This document shows positions 36,593 through 46,241 of a stretch of DNA of 64,000 bases, piece after piece. The notes beneath the pieces were generated by a model that was not told where the DNA came from, made no database searches, and worked only from the letters and a program-made list of their open reading frames with translations. Source of the DNA: Thermoanaerobaculia bacterium. Lineage in GTDB: Bacteria; Acidobacteriota; Thermoanaerobaculia; Multivoradales; Multivoraceae. Position numbers and translations under genes: made by a program. Numbering within the stretch: the stretch's first letter is position 1; each line of letters begins with the position of its first letter. The stretch is taken from NCBI GenBank assembly GCA_963664405.1, contig OY761158.1, positions 6,112,001 to 6,176,000 of the forward strand, written 5' to 3'.

Positions 36593-38179
36593 ATGTCTTC
36601 TATCGTCTTCGACAAGGTCGACTTTCACTATAGCAAGCCGTTCTGCGACGTCTTCACCGGCGTCGACCTCGTGATCGACACCGACTGGCGGACGGCTCTC
36701 GTTGCGCGCAACGGGCGAGGCAAGACCACGCTTCTGCGTCTGATCGCCGGCGACGCTCGGCCTACTCGCGGGCACCTCGAGGCCGATTTGACAGCGCTGA
36801 TCTTTCCCTACGATCCGCCAAGCCCGGCGGCGGCCACTCGCTCGGTGATTCGCGCCGCGGTGGCCCCATTCGACGCCTGGGCACTGCGGATGACTGAGCT
36901 CAGCGAAGACCCGAGTGAGGAGGCGATAGAGCGCTACGGTGAGATCGCGTCACGCTTCGAGGAGGCGGGTGGGTACGAGATCGACTCTCGAATCGAGCGC
37001 GAGGTCGCGGCTCTGGGTCTCGACGCCGAGATCCTCGAGCGGCCTTTCACTACGCTCAGCGGTGGCGAGCAGACCCGGGCCCTGATCGCCGGCCTCTTTC
37101 TCAGCCCTGGCGCCTTCCCGCTCATCGACGAGCCGACGAACCATCTCGACATGGCGGGTCGAAGCTTGTTGGCCGACTACCTTTCACGCAAGAACGGGTT
37201 CATTGTCGCCTCTCACGACCGCGCACTTCTCGATGCCTGCGTCGACTACGTGGTCGCGATCGAGAGGTCCGGCATCTCTGTCATCCACGGCAACTACTCG
37301 ACCTGGCGAGAGCAGCGGGATCGCACAGAGGAGCACGAGCGGCGGCGTAGAGAGAACCTCGAGCGCGAGGTGAGCCAGCTCCGTAAGGCCTCCGGCGCGC
37401 GCCGCCAGGGCGCCACGAAGAAGGAGCGGGAGAAGCGAGGGGCGGCAGACAAAGGCTTCATCGGTCATCGGGCGGCGAAGCAGATGAAGCGGGCCATCGA
37501 AATCGAACGGCGGGTCGAGCGCCGACTCGAGGAGAAGGAGGGCCTGTTACCGAACTGGGAAAAGGACCGCTCTCTAAAGCTCGAAGCTCGTGCCGACGGG
37601 CCGACCATCGTCCTCACGGTCAACAACCTGCGTCTCACTCTCGAGGACCGCGCACTGGTCGATAACCTCTCTTTCACTCTTCGGCGCGGCGATCGTATAG
37701 TCCTCACCGGTCCCAACGGCTGCGGCAAGTCGACCCTCCTCGATGCGATCGCTGGAGAGTCTCTCGCCGGTCCCTTCTCGACCGGCGGTACGGTCTCGCG
37801 CCCGGCGCATCTGCGTTGCTGCCGTAGCTTTCAGCTTCCGGTCTGGAATCACGGGTCGCTGGCCGAGGTCCTCGAGCGAGCCGGGATCGACGAGACGCGT
37901 TTCCGCCAGATGCTCGGCGTCCTCGACGTGGACCGGGAGGTCTTCGACCACCCACTGGAGACCTTGAGCCAAGGGCAGCTGAAGAAGGTGGATCTTGCGC
38001 GCTCACTGATGGACCCCGCCGATCTCTTGATCTGGGACGAGCCGATGAACTTCATCGACGTTTTGTCGCGGGAGCGAATCGAAGAAGCGATTCTCGCCGG
38101 GGAGCCCACTCTCCTGATCGTCGAGCACGATCGAGCCTTCGTCGATCGGGTGGCGACCGAGGTCATCGCCCTCGGCTAG
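36593..38179 (+). CDS. ABC-F ribosomal protection-like ATPase, Lsa-like
   Basis: Two NBDs, no TM segments; IDTDWR..RNGRGKTT, LSGGE, IDEPTNHLD, DKGFIGHRAAKQMKRA linker, WDEPMNFIDVLSR. Confidence 0.8.
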   Translation: MSSIVFDKVDFHYSKPFCDVFTGVDLVIDTDWRTALVARNGRGKTTLLRLIAGDARPTRGHLEADLTALIFPYDPPSPAAATRSVIRAAVAPFDAWALRMTELSEDPSEEAIERYGEIASRFEEAGGYEIDSRIEREVAALGLDAEILERPFTTLSGGEQTRALIAGLFLSPGAFPLIDEPTNHLDMAGRSLLADYLSRKNGFIVASHDRALLDACVDYVVAIERSGISVIHGNYSTWREQRDRTEEHERRRRENLEREVSQLRKASGARRQGATKKEREKRGAADKGFIGHRAAKQMKRAIEIERRVERRLEEKEGLLPNWEKDRSLKLEARADGPTIVLTVNNLRLTLEDRALVDNLSFTLRRGDRIVLTGPNGCGKSTLLDAIAGESLAGPFSTGGTVSRPAHLRCCRSFQLPVWNHGSLAEVLERAGIDETRFRQMLGVLDVDREVFDHPLETLSQGQLKKVDLARSLMDPADLLIWDEPMNFIDVLSRERIEEAILAGEPTLLIVEHDRAFVDRVATEVIALG

Positions 38180-38595
38180 AGGCTTCCCCTTGGCACCACC
38201 CATTCCACCGACTGGCCGGTGACTTCAGAGATCGTGTCGTAATCGCTGTCGTAGTGCAGAACCGTGAGGTTGGCGATCTCGGCCGCTGCGGCGACCAGGA
38301 GATCGGGTATCGGAACGCGATGCCGGCCGCTCTTGGCGAGCTCTCCCTGAACATCCATCGCCCGTTCAAAAACCTCTTCGCTGAGTGGAACCTTCGGGTA
38401 GGCGAGGGCCCGCCGTTCCCGTGTACGCCTGTGCTCCTCGAAGCTTCGGACGCTGTAGAGCACTTCGAGGTCGACGATCGAACAGCTTGCCACCTCACCA
38501 GCTTCGATGATGGGAGCCAATCGCCGCCTTACCGGCTCGAGCGGCATTCGTGAGAGCGCACTCTTGTCGGCAAGAAAGCGGGTCACGACCGCCAC
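38176..38595 (-). CDS. vapC: PIN-domain toxin
   Basis: ADKSA, DLEV, DLLVAAAAE, LHYDSDYD. Confidence 0.85.
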   Translation of the reverse strand: MAVVTRFLADKSALSRMPLEPVRRRLAPIIEAGEVASCSIVDLEVLYSVRSFEEHRRTRERRALAYPKVPLSEEVFERAMDVQGELAKSGRHRVPIPDLLVAAAAEIANLTVLHYDSDYDTISEVTGQSVEWVVPRGSL

Positions 38596-38798
38596 GCCCC
38601 GGCCATCACTTCCGGGTCGGCCAGGTCGAGATCCTTCATCCGGGTCAGCGCCTTGACCTCCTGACGCCTGGCTTCCGTCCGCAAAACGTCGCGAAACGCC
38701 TCTTCGACGGTCTCCCTGATTGTGCTCGTGTCGAGGATCCGTTTCGCAGCTTCGAGCAATTCGTCGTCGATCTCTACGCTTGTCTTTCTACTTCCCAT
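38583..38798 (-). CDS. vapB: VapB antitoxin
   Basis: [27 protein letters not shown]; overlaps vapC start. Confidence 0.85.
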   Translation of the reverse strand: MGSRKTSVEIDDELLEAAKRILDTSTIRETVEEAFRDVLRTEARRQEVKALTRMKDLDLADPEVMAGAWRS

Positions 38799-38909
38799 TC
38801 GTTGGACCTTTTCGGTGCGATCGAAAGGAGAATATCAAGAATGGGGGAATTGGATATCTCTTTGAGTCGTGTCTAGATATCTATTCATTCGGGCAGAATT
38901 CAGCTTCCG

Positions 38910-39058
38910 ATGACACTCGAAGCAGGTTCGACTCTCGTTACGAGATCCTTGCGCCGTTGGGAGCCGGCGGCATGGGGGAGGTCTACCGCGCCCGCGACCT
39001 CAATCTCGAACGCGAGGTCGCATTTCTCGAGAAGTACTTCGGCCCAGTCGAGCGCTAA
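38910..39058 (+). pseudogene. Collapsed Ser/Thr protein kinase remnant
   Basis: MTLEAGSTL, frameshift, [29 protein letters not shown], then [11 protein letters not shown]. Confidence 0.8.
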
Positions 39059-39063
39059 CGGCT

Positions 39064-40977
39064 CTACGGCGTATACCAGATCGGCGAGGACCAGGCGCGC
39101 TCCTGAATCGTGGCAGGGAAGTCCTGACGCGGTGCGACCCCGGCACGCAGTGCGTCCCAGGTCGACCAGCGGCAGGTCGGGTTCTCCAGCACTCGCACGT
39201 AGTAGAAGGCCCGCTGGCCGGCGTCGAAGTCCGGGTCCGTCCAGGTGGTCTTGAGCTCGGTAGCGCCGACACCCTCACTGATCGAGCAATCGCTCAGATC
39301 GACGGAGGCCCCATTGTCTGGACAGCGATGAGTGGCCGAGTTGACAGCAAGTCCGTCTGAGCAGGCGACGTCATAGACGCGCTCCTCGGTTTCGGTGCCC
39401 ACCGACCAACCTTTGACGATCTGCACCCGCTGAAGGGGTGCAGTCATGGCGTCGCGCATCGCCCAGACCAGGAAGCTGGGTGCGCCGCCTCCGTTGAGAT
39501 CGCCGCCCATCGGCACGCCGGCCCGATAGGCTGTCTCGATCAGATCCGACGCCTCGAGGTCGAGCCCCGCCAGATCCGTGCCGCCGAAGAAGCGCACTCG
39601 CATGCGCGTGCCGGAGGTGGCGAAGGTTTCTTTACGGCGCATGCCGTCGAAGAGAGATGAGCGGGTGTTCTCCTCGGCCCATACCCCGGCAAGACCCGAG
39701 CCGCCGTTAGTGATGGTGGTGGTGAAGGGGTAAGTGCGACCGCTGCCGTCGTCGACCGCCTCGATGTCGCCCGTCGGCTCACTGGGTACCGAGGCCCGTT
39801 GCTCGGCCGAGTTGGTTTGTAGCCCGGATGCGCCCCAGAAGTCCTCTTCACTAAAAGAGCCGGCCGCGACATGGGTGTCACTGGAGCCGATGACGCCGAG
39901 CTTGTAAGGGTTGTCGAGACCGCTGGCCTCGATCTCGAGCCCGCGGCGAAAGGCGTCGCGGACATAGCTCCCCGGCGGCTCACTGAGGATACTTGTCGAG
40001 ACCCGATAGGGCATGATCTCGAAGTCGGCCCATTCGTCGTTGGGAGAGAGGGAAGGATGGGTTTCCGAGGTGCCTTTGGTCTGAGTGATCTCGGCGAGTG
40101 GCTCGTTGCGGCTGCGCTTCTCGACGTAGGCGCTGTCGATGGCGCCGCCCTCGAAATACTCCTTCTCGAACATACGGCCGCCGGAACCGTTCATGTTGTG
40201 AGGGATGGCCAGCGCTTCGATGCCGTCGGCGCGCCACTCGTCCATCTTCGCCCACAGGTCTTCGGGATTGAAAGAGTCGAGGCGCGAGAAAGGAATGTCG
40301 GGCACCTTCGAGCCACGGAAGACCACATTGCGGTGTAGGTTCTCGTAGATACCGCCAGGACCGGCCGAGGTGTACTCATAGGCGATAAAGGCGGTGAAGA
40401 CGCCTGGGTCATTGTGGCGGTTCGCGGATGCGGCGATCTCGCTCCATGCGGAGCGCACGATGTCCTTGTTGAGATGCGTCCTTATGCTCGGGTCGGCGTC
40501 TTTCATATAGCGGACGTAGGGCTGCATGGCGGCAAAAATACTCTGTCGCTCGGCCTGGGTCTCGCCCCCGTTCCGTACGGTCTCGGCCGCCGGGTGACCA
40601 TAGGCCGGCGAGTCGGGGTCGTTCATCGCGACCAACATGCCCAGGTAGTTGGCGTGGTCGGCAACGCCTTGAAAGTCCAAGGGTCGGTCGAGCTTCAAGT
40701 CGAAGCCCGCGGGATGCTTGATGGCGTTACCCTTGGCATATTCGTAGGCCTCGTCAGGACCGGCTCGCGTTCCGAACACGAATGCGTCGTACGAATAGCG
40801 GGTGTGGACGTGGAGGTCGCCGAAGTAGGCGTTGCGCTCGTGCGGTGCTGCCGCCGAGCCGGATTCGCCGGCATCTCGGCGCGCCGCATCACTCTCGTGT
40901 GTCGACGGATCCGGAGTCTCGGTGGAGCAAGCCGCAATTAGAGAAGCACCCAGAAGCAGCGCAGTGATTCGGCGCAT
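39064..40977 (-). CDS. DUF3604 lipoprotein
   Basis: MRRITALLLGASLIAAC; YFGDLHVHT, NLHRNV, KGTSETHP, QERAWSSPIWY. Confidence 0.9.
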   Translation of the reverse strand: MRRITALLLGASLIAACSTETPDPSTHESDAARRDAGESGSAAAPHERNAYFGDLHVHTRYSYDAFVFGTRAGPDEAYEYAKGNAIKHPAGFDLKLDRPLDFQGVADHANYLGMLVAMNDPDSPAYGHPAAETVRNGGETQAERQSIFAAMQPYVRYMKDADPSIRTHLNKDIVRSAWSEIAASANRHNDPGVFTAFIAYEYTSAGPGGIYENLHRNVVFRGSKVPDIPFSRLDSFNPEDLWAKMDEWRADGIEALAIPHNMNGSGGRMFEKEYFEGGAIDSAYVEKRSRNEPLAEITQTKGTSETHPSLSPNDEWADFEIMPYRVSTSILSEPPGSYVRDAFRRGLEIEASGLDNPYKLGVIGSSDTHVAAGSFSEEDFWGASGLQTNSAEQRASVPSEPTGDIEAVDDGSGRTYPFTTTITNGGSGLAGVWAEENTRSSLFDGMRRKETFATSGTRMRVRFFGGTDLAGLDLEASDLIETAYRAGVPMGGDLNGGGAPSFLVWAMRDAMTAPLQRVQIVKGWSVGTETEERVYDVACSDGLAVNSATHRCPDNGASVDLSDCSISEGVGATELKTTWTDPDFDAGQRAFYYVRVLENPTCRWSTWDALRAGVAPRQDFPATIQERAWSSPIWYTP

Positions 40978-41131
40978 GAAAACCTCCTCGTGGCCAAAAC
41001 CGTTATGTGACTGGCGAGGCATCTTACACCCGCGGCCGGGGGCAGTTGGGTCACCCTTCCCGTCGACGAGCGGTGTCAGCCAGCGCCTCTATCTTAGGTC
41101 CACGCCGAGTGGGATATGATTTCGACCACTT

Positions 41132-41953
41132 GTGCTGATCAGATCGAAGGTTCCCCGATCGCGCCGCTCCAGCAGAGCGGCGTTGCTCGTTTTCGCCATG
41201 GTCCTACTGGCCTTGACGGTAGTGGCGCAGGAACCGGGGGATCCCGACGCTGATCGGATCGCCGGACAGACCGACGCGGACCGTGAGCGCGGCGAGAAGC
41301 TGTTCGAAGCTCACTGTGCCCGCTGCCACAGCGTTGGCGGCACCGGCGGTGAGGGACCTGCACTGACCCGCCCGACTCTGCGCCGAGCCGCCGATCACTC
41401 GGCGCTGGTGGCGCTCATCCGTCTGGGGATCGTCGGCACGGAGATGCCGGCGAACTCGATGCTGAGCGAGGACGAGGCCTGGCAGATCGCCGGCTATGTC
41501 CGCTCCCTCGGCCGGGTCGAGATCGGGCCGCTCCCTGGCGACCCATCGAACGGCCGGACGCTTTACGACGAGCAGGGCTGTGAGGCCTGCCATATCCTCC
41601 GGGGGCAGGGACGAGGCATCGGGCCCGAGCTCACCGACATCGGCATCCGCCGAGGCGCCGACCACCTGCGCCAGGCCTTGATGGATCCGGCCGCCGTGAT
41701 CGCGGACGACTACCTGATGGTTCGCGTGCGCACGGCCGATGGCCGCACGCTGCGCGGCCTGCGCCTCAACGAAGACGCCTTCACCATCCAGCTCCGCGAC
41801 GCCGACAACCGCCTCCACTCCTTCGACAAGGCCGAGATCCAGGCCCTGCGCAAGGAGCCGGGATCTACCGTCATGATCTCCTACGCCCGGCGTCTTTCGA
41901 AGCGAGAGCTCGACGATCTCGTCGCCTGGCTGGCCAGCTTACGCGGAGACTGA
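41132..41953 (+). CDS. Diheme c-type cytochrome
   Basis: CARCH and CEACH; GP.LT.IG motif; signal/anchor peptide. Confidence 0.85.
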   Translation: MLIRSKVPRSRRSSRAALLVFAMVLLALTVVAQEPGDPDADRIAGQTDADRERGEKLFEAHCARCHSVGGTGGEGPALTRPTLRRAADHSALVALIRLGIVGTEMPANSMLSEDEAWQIAGYVRSLGRVEIGPLPGDPSNGRTLYDEQGCEACHILRGQGRGIGPELTDIGIRRGADHLRQALMDPAAVIADDYLMVRVRTADGRTLRGLRLNEDAFTIQLRDADNRLHSFDKAEIQALRKEPGSTVMISYARRLSKRELDDLVAWLASLRGD

Positions 41954-41956
41954 CTC

Positions 41957-43552
41957 GTGATCAGAGCCGCAGCGTCTGTCCTACTCCTGATCTTCGCCCC
42001 CGGCCTCCTGGCCGCCCAGGTGCCGTACGAGCGCATCCGCGACACGGACAAGGCACCGGGGAGCTGGTTGACTTACTCCGGCAACTACGGCGCCCACCGA
42101 TTCTCGCCACTCGACCAGATCACACCAGACAACGTTGCCGATCTCGAGACCATCTGGGTCTACCAGGTGCAGGAGGCGGGACTGGTCGAGACGACGCCGC
42201 TGGTGGTCGACAACGTCATGTACATCACCGAGCCGCCGAGCACGGCCACCGCCCTCGACCTGCGCACCGGCCGGCGTCTATGGACCTGGCGGCGCCCGCT
42301 GCCCCAGGAGCTCCTGACCATCGGCTTTCCCCGGGTCAATCGCGGCGTCGCCATTCTCGACGATGCCGTCTTCATCGGTACCCTCGACGCTCATCTCTTC
42401 GCCCTCGACGCCAAGTCCGGCGCCGTCCGCTGGGAGACGATCGTGGCCGACAACGCCACCGGTCACTCGATCACCATGGCGCCGCTCGCCCTGGACGGCA
42501 AGGTGATCGTCGGCATCAGTGGCGGTGAGGCCGGAATCCGCGGCTTCATCGACGCCTACGACGCCGCCATCGGCGAACGACTTTGGCGGTTCTGGACGAT
42601 TCCCGGCCCCGGCGAACCGGGCAACAACACCTGGGGCGGCGACGCCAGTTGGAGGACCGGGGCCGGCGCCACCTGGCTCACCGGCTCCTACGACCCGGAC
42701 CTCGACCTGCTGTACTGGGGCACCGGCAATCCGGGACCCGACTGGAACGGCGACGCGCGCCCTGGGGACAACCTCTACACGAGCTCCGTCGTCGCGCTCG
42801 ACCCGGACACAGGCGAGCTTCGCTGGCACTTCCAGTTCACGCCGCACGACCTCCACGACTGGGACGCAAATCAGATCCCGGTGCTGGTCGACCTCGAGCT
42901 GTCAGGAGAGCCGCGCCGGGTCCTGGCCATGGCCAACCGCAACGCCTTCTACTATCTCCTCGACCGTTCGAGCGGTCGCTTCCTGCGCGCCACGCCATAC
43001 GCCAAGCAGACCTGGGCGGAGCGTATCGACGAGCTGGGTCGTCCGGTGGTATTGCCGAACACGGAGCCCACCGAAGAGGGCAGCCTGGTCTACCCAAGCC
43101 TGCAAGGCGCCACCAACTGGTTCAGCCCGGCCTACAGTCCGAGGACCCAACTGCTCTATGTGCCGACGCGCGAGATGGGAGCGGTCTACTTCAAGAGCGA
43201 CGTCGACTACGAGCCCGGCAAGCCGTTCATGGGAGGTGGCGAGCAGGCTCTGGACGGCGAGGACGCTTACGGCGCCATCCGGGCTCTCGACGCAAGGACG
43301 GGCGAGCGCAAGTGGGAGTTCCGTCTACGAACGCCTCCGTGGTCGGGTGTCGTGGCGACCGCCGGTGGGCTCGTCTTCGGTGCCTCCAACGAGGGCAATG
43401 TCTTCGCTCTGGACGCGGAAACCGGCGAGCCACTCTGGCGCTTCCAAACCGGCGGCGCCGCGCGCGCCAACCCGATCTCCTTCCTTATCGATGGCAAGCA
43501 GCGCGTCGCCACAGCTGCCGGCAACGCGCTCTTCGTCTTCGGCCTCGACTGA
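41957..43552 (+). CDS. PQQ-type beta-propeller dehydrogenase (alcohol dehydrogenase-like)
   Basis: WLTYSGNY..RFSPLDQI, ETTPLVVD, VNRGVA, FQFTPHDLHDWD, repeated A.D..TG...W motifs. Confidence 0.9.
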   Translation: MIRAAASVLLLIFAPGLLAAQVPYERIRDTDKAPGSWLTYSGNYGAHRFSPLDQITPDNVADLETIWVYQVQEAGLVETTPLVVDNVMYITEPPSTATALDLRTGRRLWTWRRPLPQELLTIGFPRVNRGVAILDDAVFIGTLDAHLFALDAKSGAVRWETIVADNATGHSITMAPLALDGKVIVGISGGEAGIRGFIDAYDAAIGERLWRFWTIPGPGEPGNNTWGGDASWRTGAGATWLTGSYDPDLDLLYWGTGNPGPDWNGDARPGDNLYTSSVVALDPDTGELRWHFQFTPHDLHDWDANQIPVLVDLELSGEPRRVLAMANRNAFYYLLDRSSGRFLRATPYAKQTWAERIDELGRPVVLPNTEPTEEGSLVYPSLQGATNWFSPAYSPRTQLLYVPTREMGAVYFKSDVDYEPGKPFMGGGEQALDGEDAYGAIRALDARTGERKWEFRLRTPPWSGVVATAGGLVFGASNEGNVFALDAETGEPLWRFQTGGAARANPISFLIDGKQRVATAAGNALFVFGLD

Positions 43553-43561
43553 GGTCCCGGG

Positions 43562-44527
43562 TCATCCCTCGACGAAACACTCCTCGAGGCCCGCGCTCGT
43601 GAGCCAGTCGAGCACGGCGCTCCGCTCACTCTCATTCGACAGATTTTGGAGACGCTCCGTGATCAGGGTGGCCGAAAACGGCGGATACGGACGTGTCAAA
43701 TAGCTCACGTCCTCGTCGTAGATCACCGCATGAAACGCCTTGGCGCCTGCGGCCTGGGCCTCCCGATTCGCCAGTAGGTAAGGCCTGTAGGTGTCCCGCA
43801 TCTCGCCAAGCACGAAGCGCGCAAACTCGGTGGACTCGGGAAACGGAGCAAGCTCGCCGGATCCATCCCATTTCTCCGCTTCGCTCTCACACCATGCAAT
43901 CACGCCGGGATAACCCGCGGTGATCTTCTTCGGATCCGGGTCCATGTTGGTGTGCGCGCGCAGGCCTCCGAGCACGATGCAATCCACCGCCGTGGGTCGA
44001 TTGCCAAGGAGATAGGGCGTGTCCTCGAGCTGTGCCTCCGCCGCCTCCAGTATTCGCACATACTCCGCCTCGGCCTCTCGCTGCTGAATCTCCGATTCGG
44101 TTCCGGTGGCGCGACATGCGCGCGGACCCCAGGCGAGCACCCGGGCCGCCATCTCTTCGTTGCCTGCCATGCGACTCGACGCGAAGCGTGCACTTTCCTC
44201 GTAGTGCCAGCGATAGTGCACCATGGTGCGCGCGATCCACTCGTCGAAGTATTCCTCGACCACCTGCACCAGCACCCCGATCGGACCCGCTGGAAACAGC
44301 CGCCGCCGGGGGAAGCGTTCGTCCAGCATCGTCATCAGCGGCGTAGTATCGGCGATCATCCAGTTCTCTGGAGTGTGAAGCACCGGAACCTGATGCGTTC
44401 CTGAGCGCTGTTCGGCTTCAGGGGTCTTCCTCTTCATCTCGAAGTCGGCGCCGTAGAATCTCATCGCCGCTTCGAGCTTGCGCGTGAAGTAGCTGAGCTC
44501 GCCGCCGTAGATCGTGTAGTGGCCCAT
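43562..44527 (-). CDS. Glutathione S-transferase-like protein
   Basis: GGELSYFTRK, QVPVL, DTTP, YLLGNRPT; GGAGG RBS before ATG 44527. Confidence 0.8.
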   Translation of the reverse strand: MGHYTIYGGELSYFTRKLEAAMRFYGADFEMKRKTPEAEQRSGTHQVPVLHTPENWMIADTTPLMTMLDERFPRRRLFPAGPIGVLVQVVEEYFDEWIARTMVHYRWHYEESARFASSRMAGNEEMAARVLAWGPRACRATGTESEIQQREAEAEYVRILEAAEAQLEDTPYLLGNRPTAVDCIVLGGLRAHTNMDPDPKKITAGYPGVIAWCESEAEKWDGSGELAPFPESTEFARFVLGEMRDTYRPYLLANREAQAAGAKAFHAVIYDEDVSYLTRPYPPFSATLITERLQNLSNESERSAVLDWLTSAGLEECFVEG

Positions 44528-44606
44528 ATCGTTTCCTCCCGTCGGAATCTTATACGTACAGCCCGCCTGCTTCATCGGTCGCGCCGAGTAGATGCTGCCG
44601 CTTGCC

Positions 44607-44637
44607 TCCTTGACAAGGAATGAGTCCTTGCTAGGGT
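44607..44637 (+). promoter_or_regulatory. TA operon promoter with palindromic operator
   Basis: TTGACA-N16-TAGGGT (TGn-extended); overlapping palindromes TCCTTG-A-CAAGGA and CAAGGA-N5-TCCTTG. Confidence 0.65.
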
Positions 44638-44641
44638 AAGG

Positions 44642-44938
44642 ATGATGGCGAAAGTCACGAGCAAGCTTCAGGTCACGATTCCCAAGGCCATTGCGAGTGA
44701 GTTTGGAATCGAGCCGGGCGACGAGATCGAGTTCCAGGCCGCCGGCGAGGTGATTCGCATCATTCCGCCTCGCGGGCGCCGCCGTCTGCGTCTCAGCTTG
44801 GAGGAGCGCCTCCGGCTCTTCGATGAAGCGACGGCCCGTCAACGGGAGCGCGAGAAGACGATGAAGCTCCCCGCCGAGAAACCCCGCCGGCGCGATTGGA
44901 AACGCGAGGATCTCTACACTCGTGGCAAGTCTGGTTGA
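44642..44938 (+). CDS. AbrB/MazE/SpoVT-type antitoxin
   Basis: KVTSKLQVTIPK....FGIEPGDEIEF. Confidence 0.85.
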   Translation: MMAKVTSKLQVTIPKAIASEFGIEPGDEIEFQAAGEVIRIIPPRGRRRLRLSLEERLRLFDEATARQREREKTMKLPAEKPRRRDWKREDLYTRGKSG

Positions 44939-45431
44939 TACCAACGTCATCGTTTACTGCTTTGATGCCCGGGACGCCGAGAAGCAGCGCATCGCTCGCG
45001 AGCTTCTCCGCCGCGGCATGATCGAAGGGGAACTGGTTCTCCCTCATCAGGCAATCATCGAATTCGTCGCTGCGGTGACGCGCCCCCGCAAGGACCTCGG
45101 CGGGGCCCCGCTGCTCGTTCGGGAGCACGCCTATCGGCAGGCTCGAGAGTTGATGAGTCAGTACCCGATTCTGTATCCGGGCCCAGAGGTCCTCGACACT
45201 GCCTTGTTGGGCGCCGCCACCTACGGCCTCTCGTGGTTCGATGCTCATCTTTGGGCGTACGCTGAGGTGAACGGTCTGTCCGAGCTCTTGTCCGAGGACT
45301 TCGAGCACGGCCGCTACTACGGCAGTGTCCGGGTCGTCGATCCTTTCCTTGCGGCCGCGGGAGAAGTTCACGAACTGCCGCCGATGTATGACTCAGACTC
45401 TCTGCCCCGGGGTGGGGCAACGAGCGAGTAG
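44922..45431 (+). CDS. PIN-domain toxin
   Basis: LVDTNVIVY, EF, SWFDAHLWA, LLSEDF..G; overlaps antitoxin. Confidence 0.85.
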   Translation: MASLVDTNVIVYCFDARDAEKQRIARELLRRGMIEGELVLPHQAIIEFVAAVTRPRKDLGGAPLLVREHAYRQARELMSQYPILYPGPEVLDTALLGAATYGLSWFDAHLWAYAEVNGLSELLSEDFEHGRYYGSVRVVDPFLAAAGEVHELPPMYDSDSLPRGGATSE

Positions 45432-45470
45432 GATGGCTCTCACCGCCGGCGACCGGACGAAGGAGCAGCG

Positions 45471-46205
45471 ATGAAGATCGAAGTCGAAGGGGCAACCTTG
45501 CATGTCGAAGTCTCGGGACCGGCCGAAGCTCCCGCGGTACTCCACTGGAACGGCGCTTGGTGCACGAGCCATATGTGGGATCCGGTCGTGCCACGGATCG
45601 AGGATCGACTGCGGACCGTGCGCTTCGACACTCGCGGCATCGGCCAGTCGACGCCGGCGGCGGATCCGGCGCAGTACTCGATGGAGCAGTACGTCGCCGA
45701 TGCTGACGCGATCCTCGACCATCTGGGCATCGAGCGCGCCTACGTCTGGTCCCATTCCTGGGGCTCGCGGGTCGCGCTCGCCTATGCCTTCCTACGCCCC
45801 GAGCGGGTGATTCGCCTCGCTCTTTTTGATGCGTCGATCGGCGCTGCCGACGTCGAGGCGCAGAGGCTCGGGCACAAGAAGGCGATGGAGAGACAGGCGG
45901 CTGCGGGCATAGAGCGTTTCCCTCGACCCGCCGGCTTGAATGACAACGACCACCCAGACGAGGTGCAACCGGCTTTGGCGGGCGTGGGTGGGTTCGATCT
46001 GGTGGCAGCCGCGAAGGGGTTGGAGGTCGAGACATTGGTCGCCACCGGCGACTGTGATCCCAACCTGCCCTCGAGTCGCGATCTGGTGGAGCTGGCTCCG
46101 CGCGCGCGACTCGTGGTGATGGAGAACGTAGGCCACGGCTCGGTTCTCCAGCGTCCCGATCTGACCACCGAGCTCTTCCTCGACTTCATCGAAGAGGCCC
46201 AGTAG
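45471..46205 (+). CDS. Alpha/beta hydrolase
   Basis: FDTRGIGQS, SHSWGS, GDCD, VGHG. Confidence 0.85.
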   Translation: MKIEVEGATLHVEVSGPAEAPAVLHWNGAWCTSHMWDPVVPRIEDRLRTVRFDTRGIGQSTPAADPAQYSMEQYVADADAILDHLGIERAYVWSHSWGSRVALAYAFLRPERVIRLALFDASIGAADVEAQRLGHKKAMERQAAAGIERFPRPAGLNDNDHPDEVQPALAGVGGFDLVAAAKGLEVETLVATGDCDPNLPSSRDLVELAPRARLVVMENVGHGSVLQRPDLTTELFLDFIEEAQ

Positions 46206-46241
46206 CGGCCCGATCGAGCCCTGCCTCTCGATCGGCCTCGC

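Noticed and set aside
43562-44950. 462-aa version of the GST-like ORF
   Set aside because: The extension overlaps the antitoxin gene and its promoter on the other strand; a good RBS sits at 44527.
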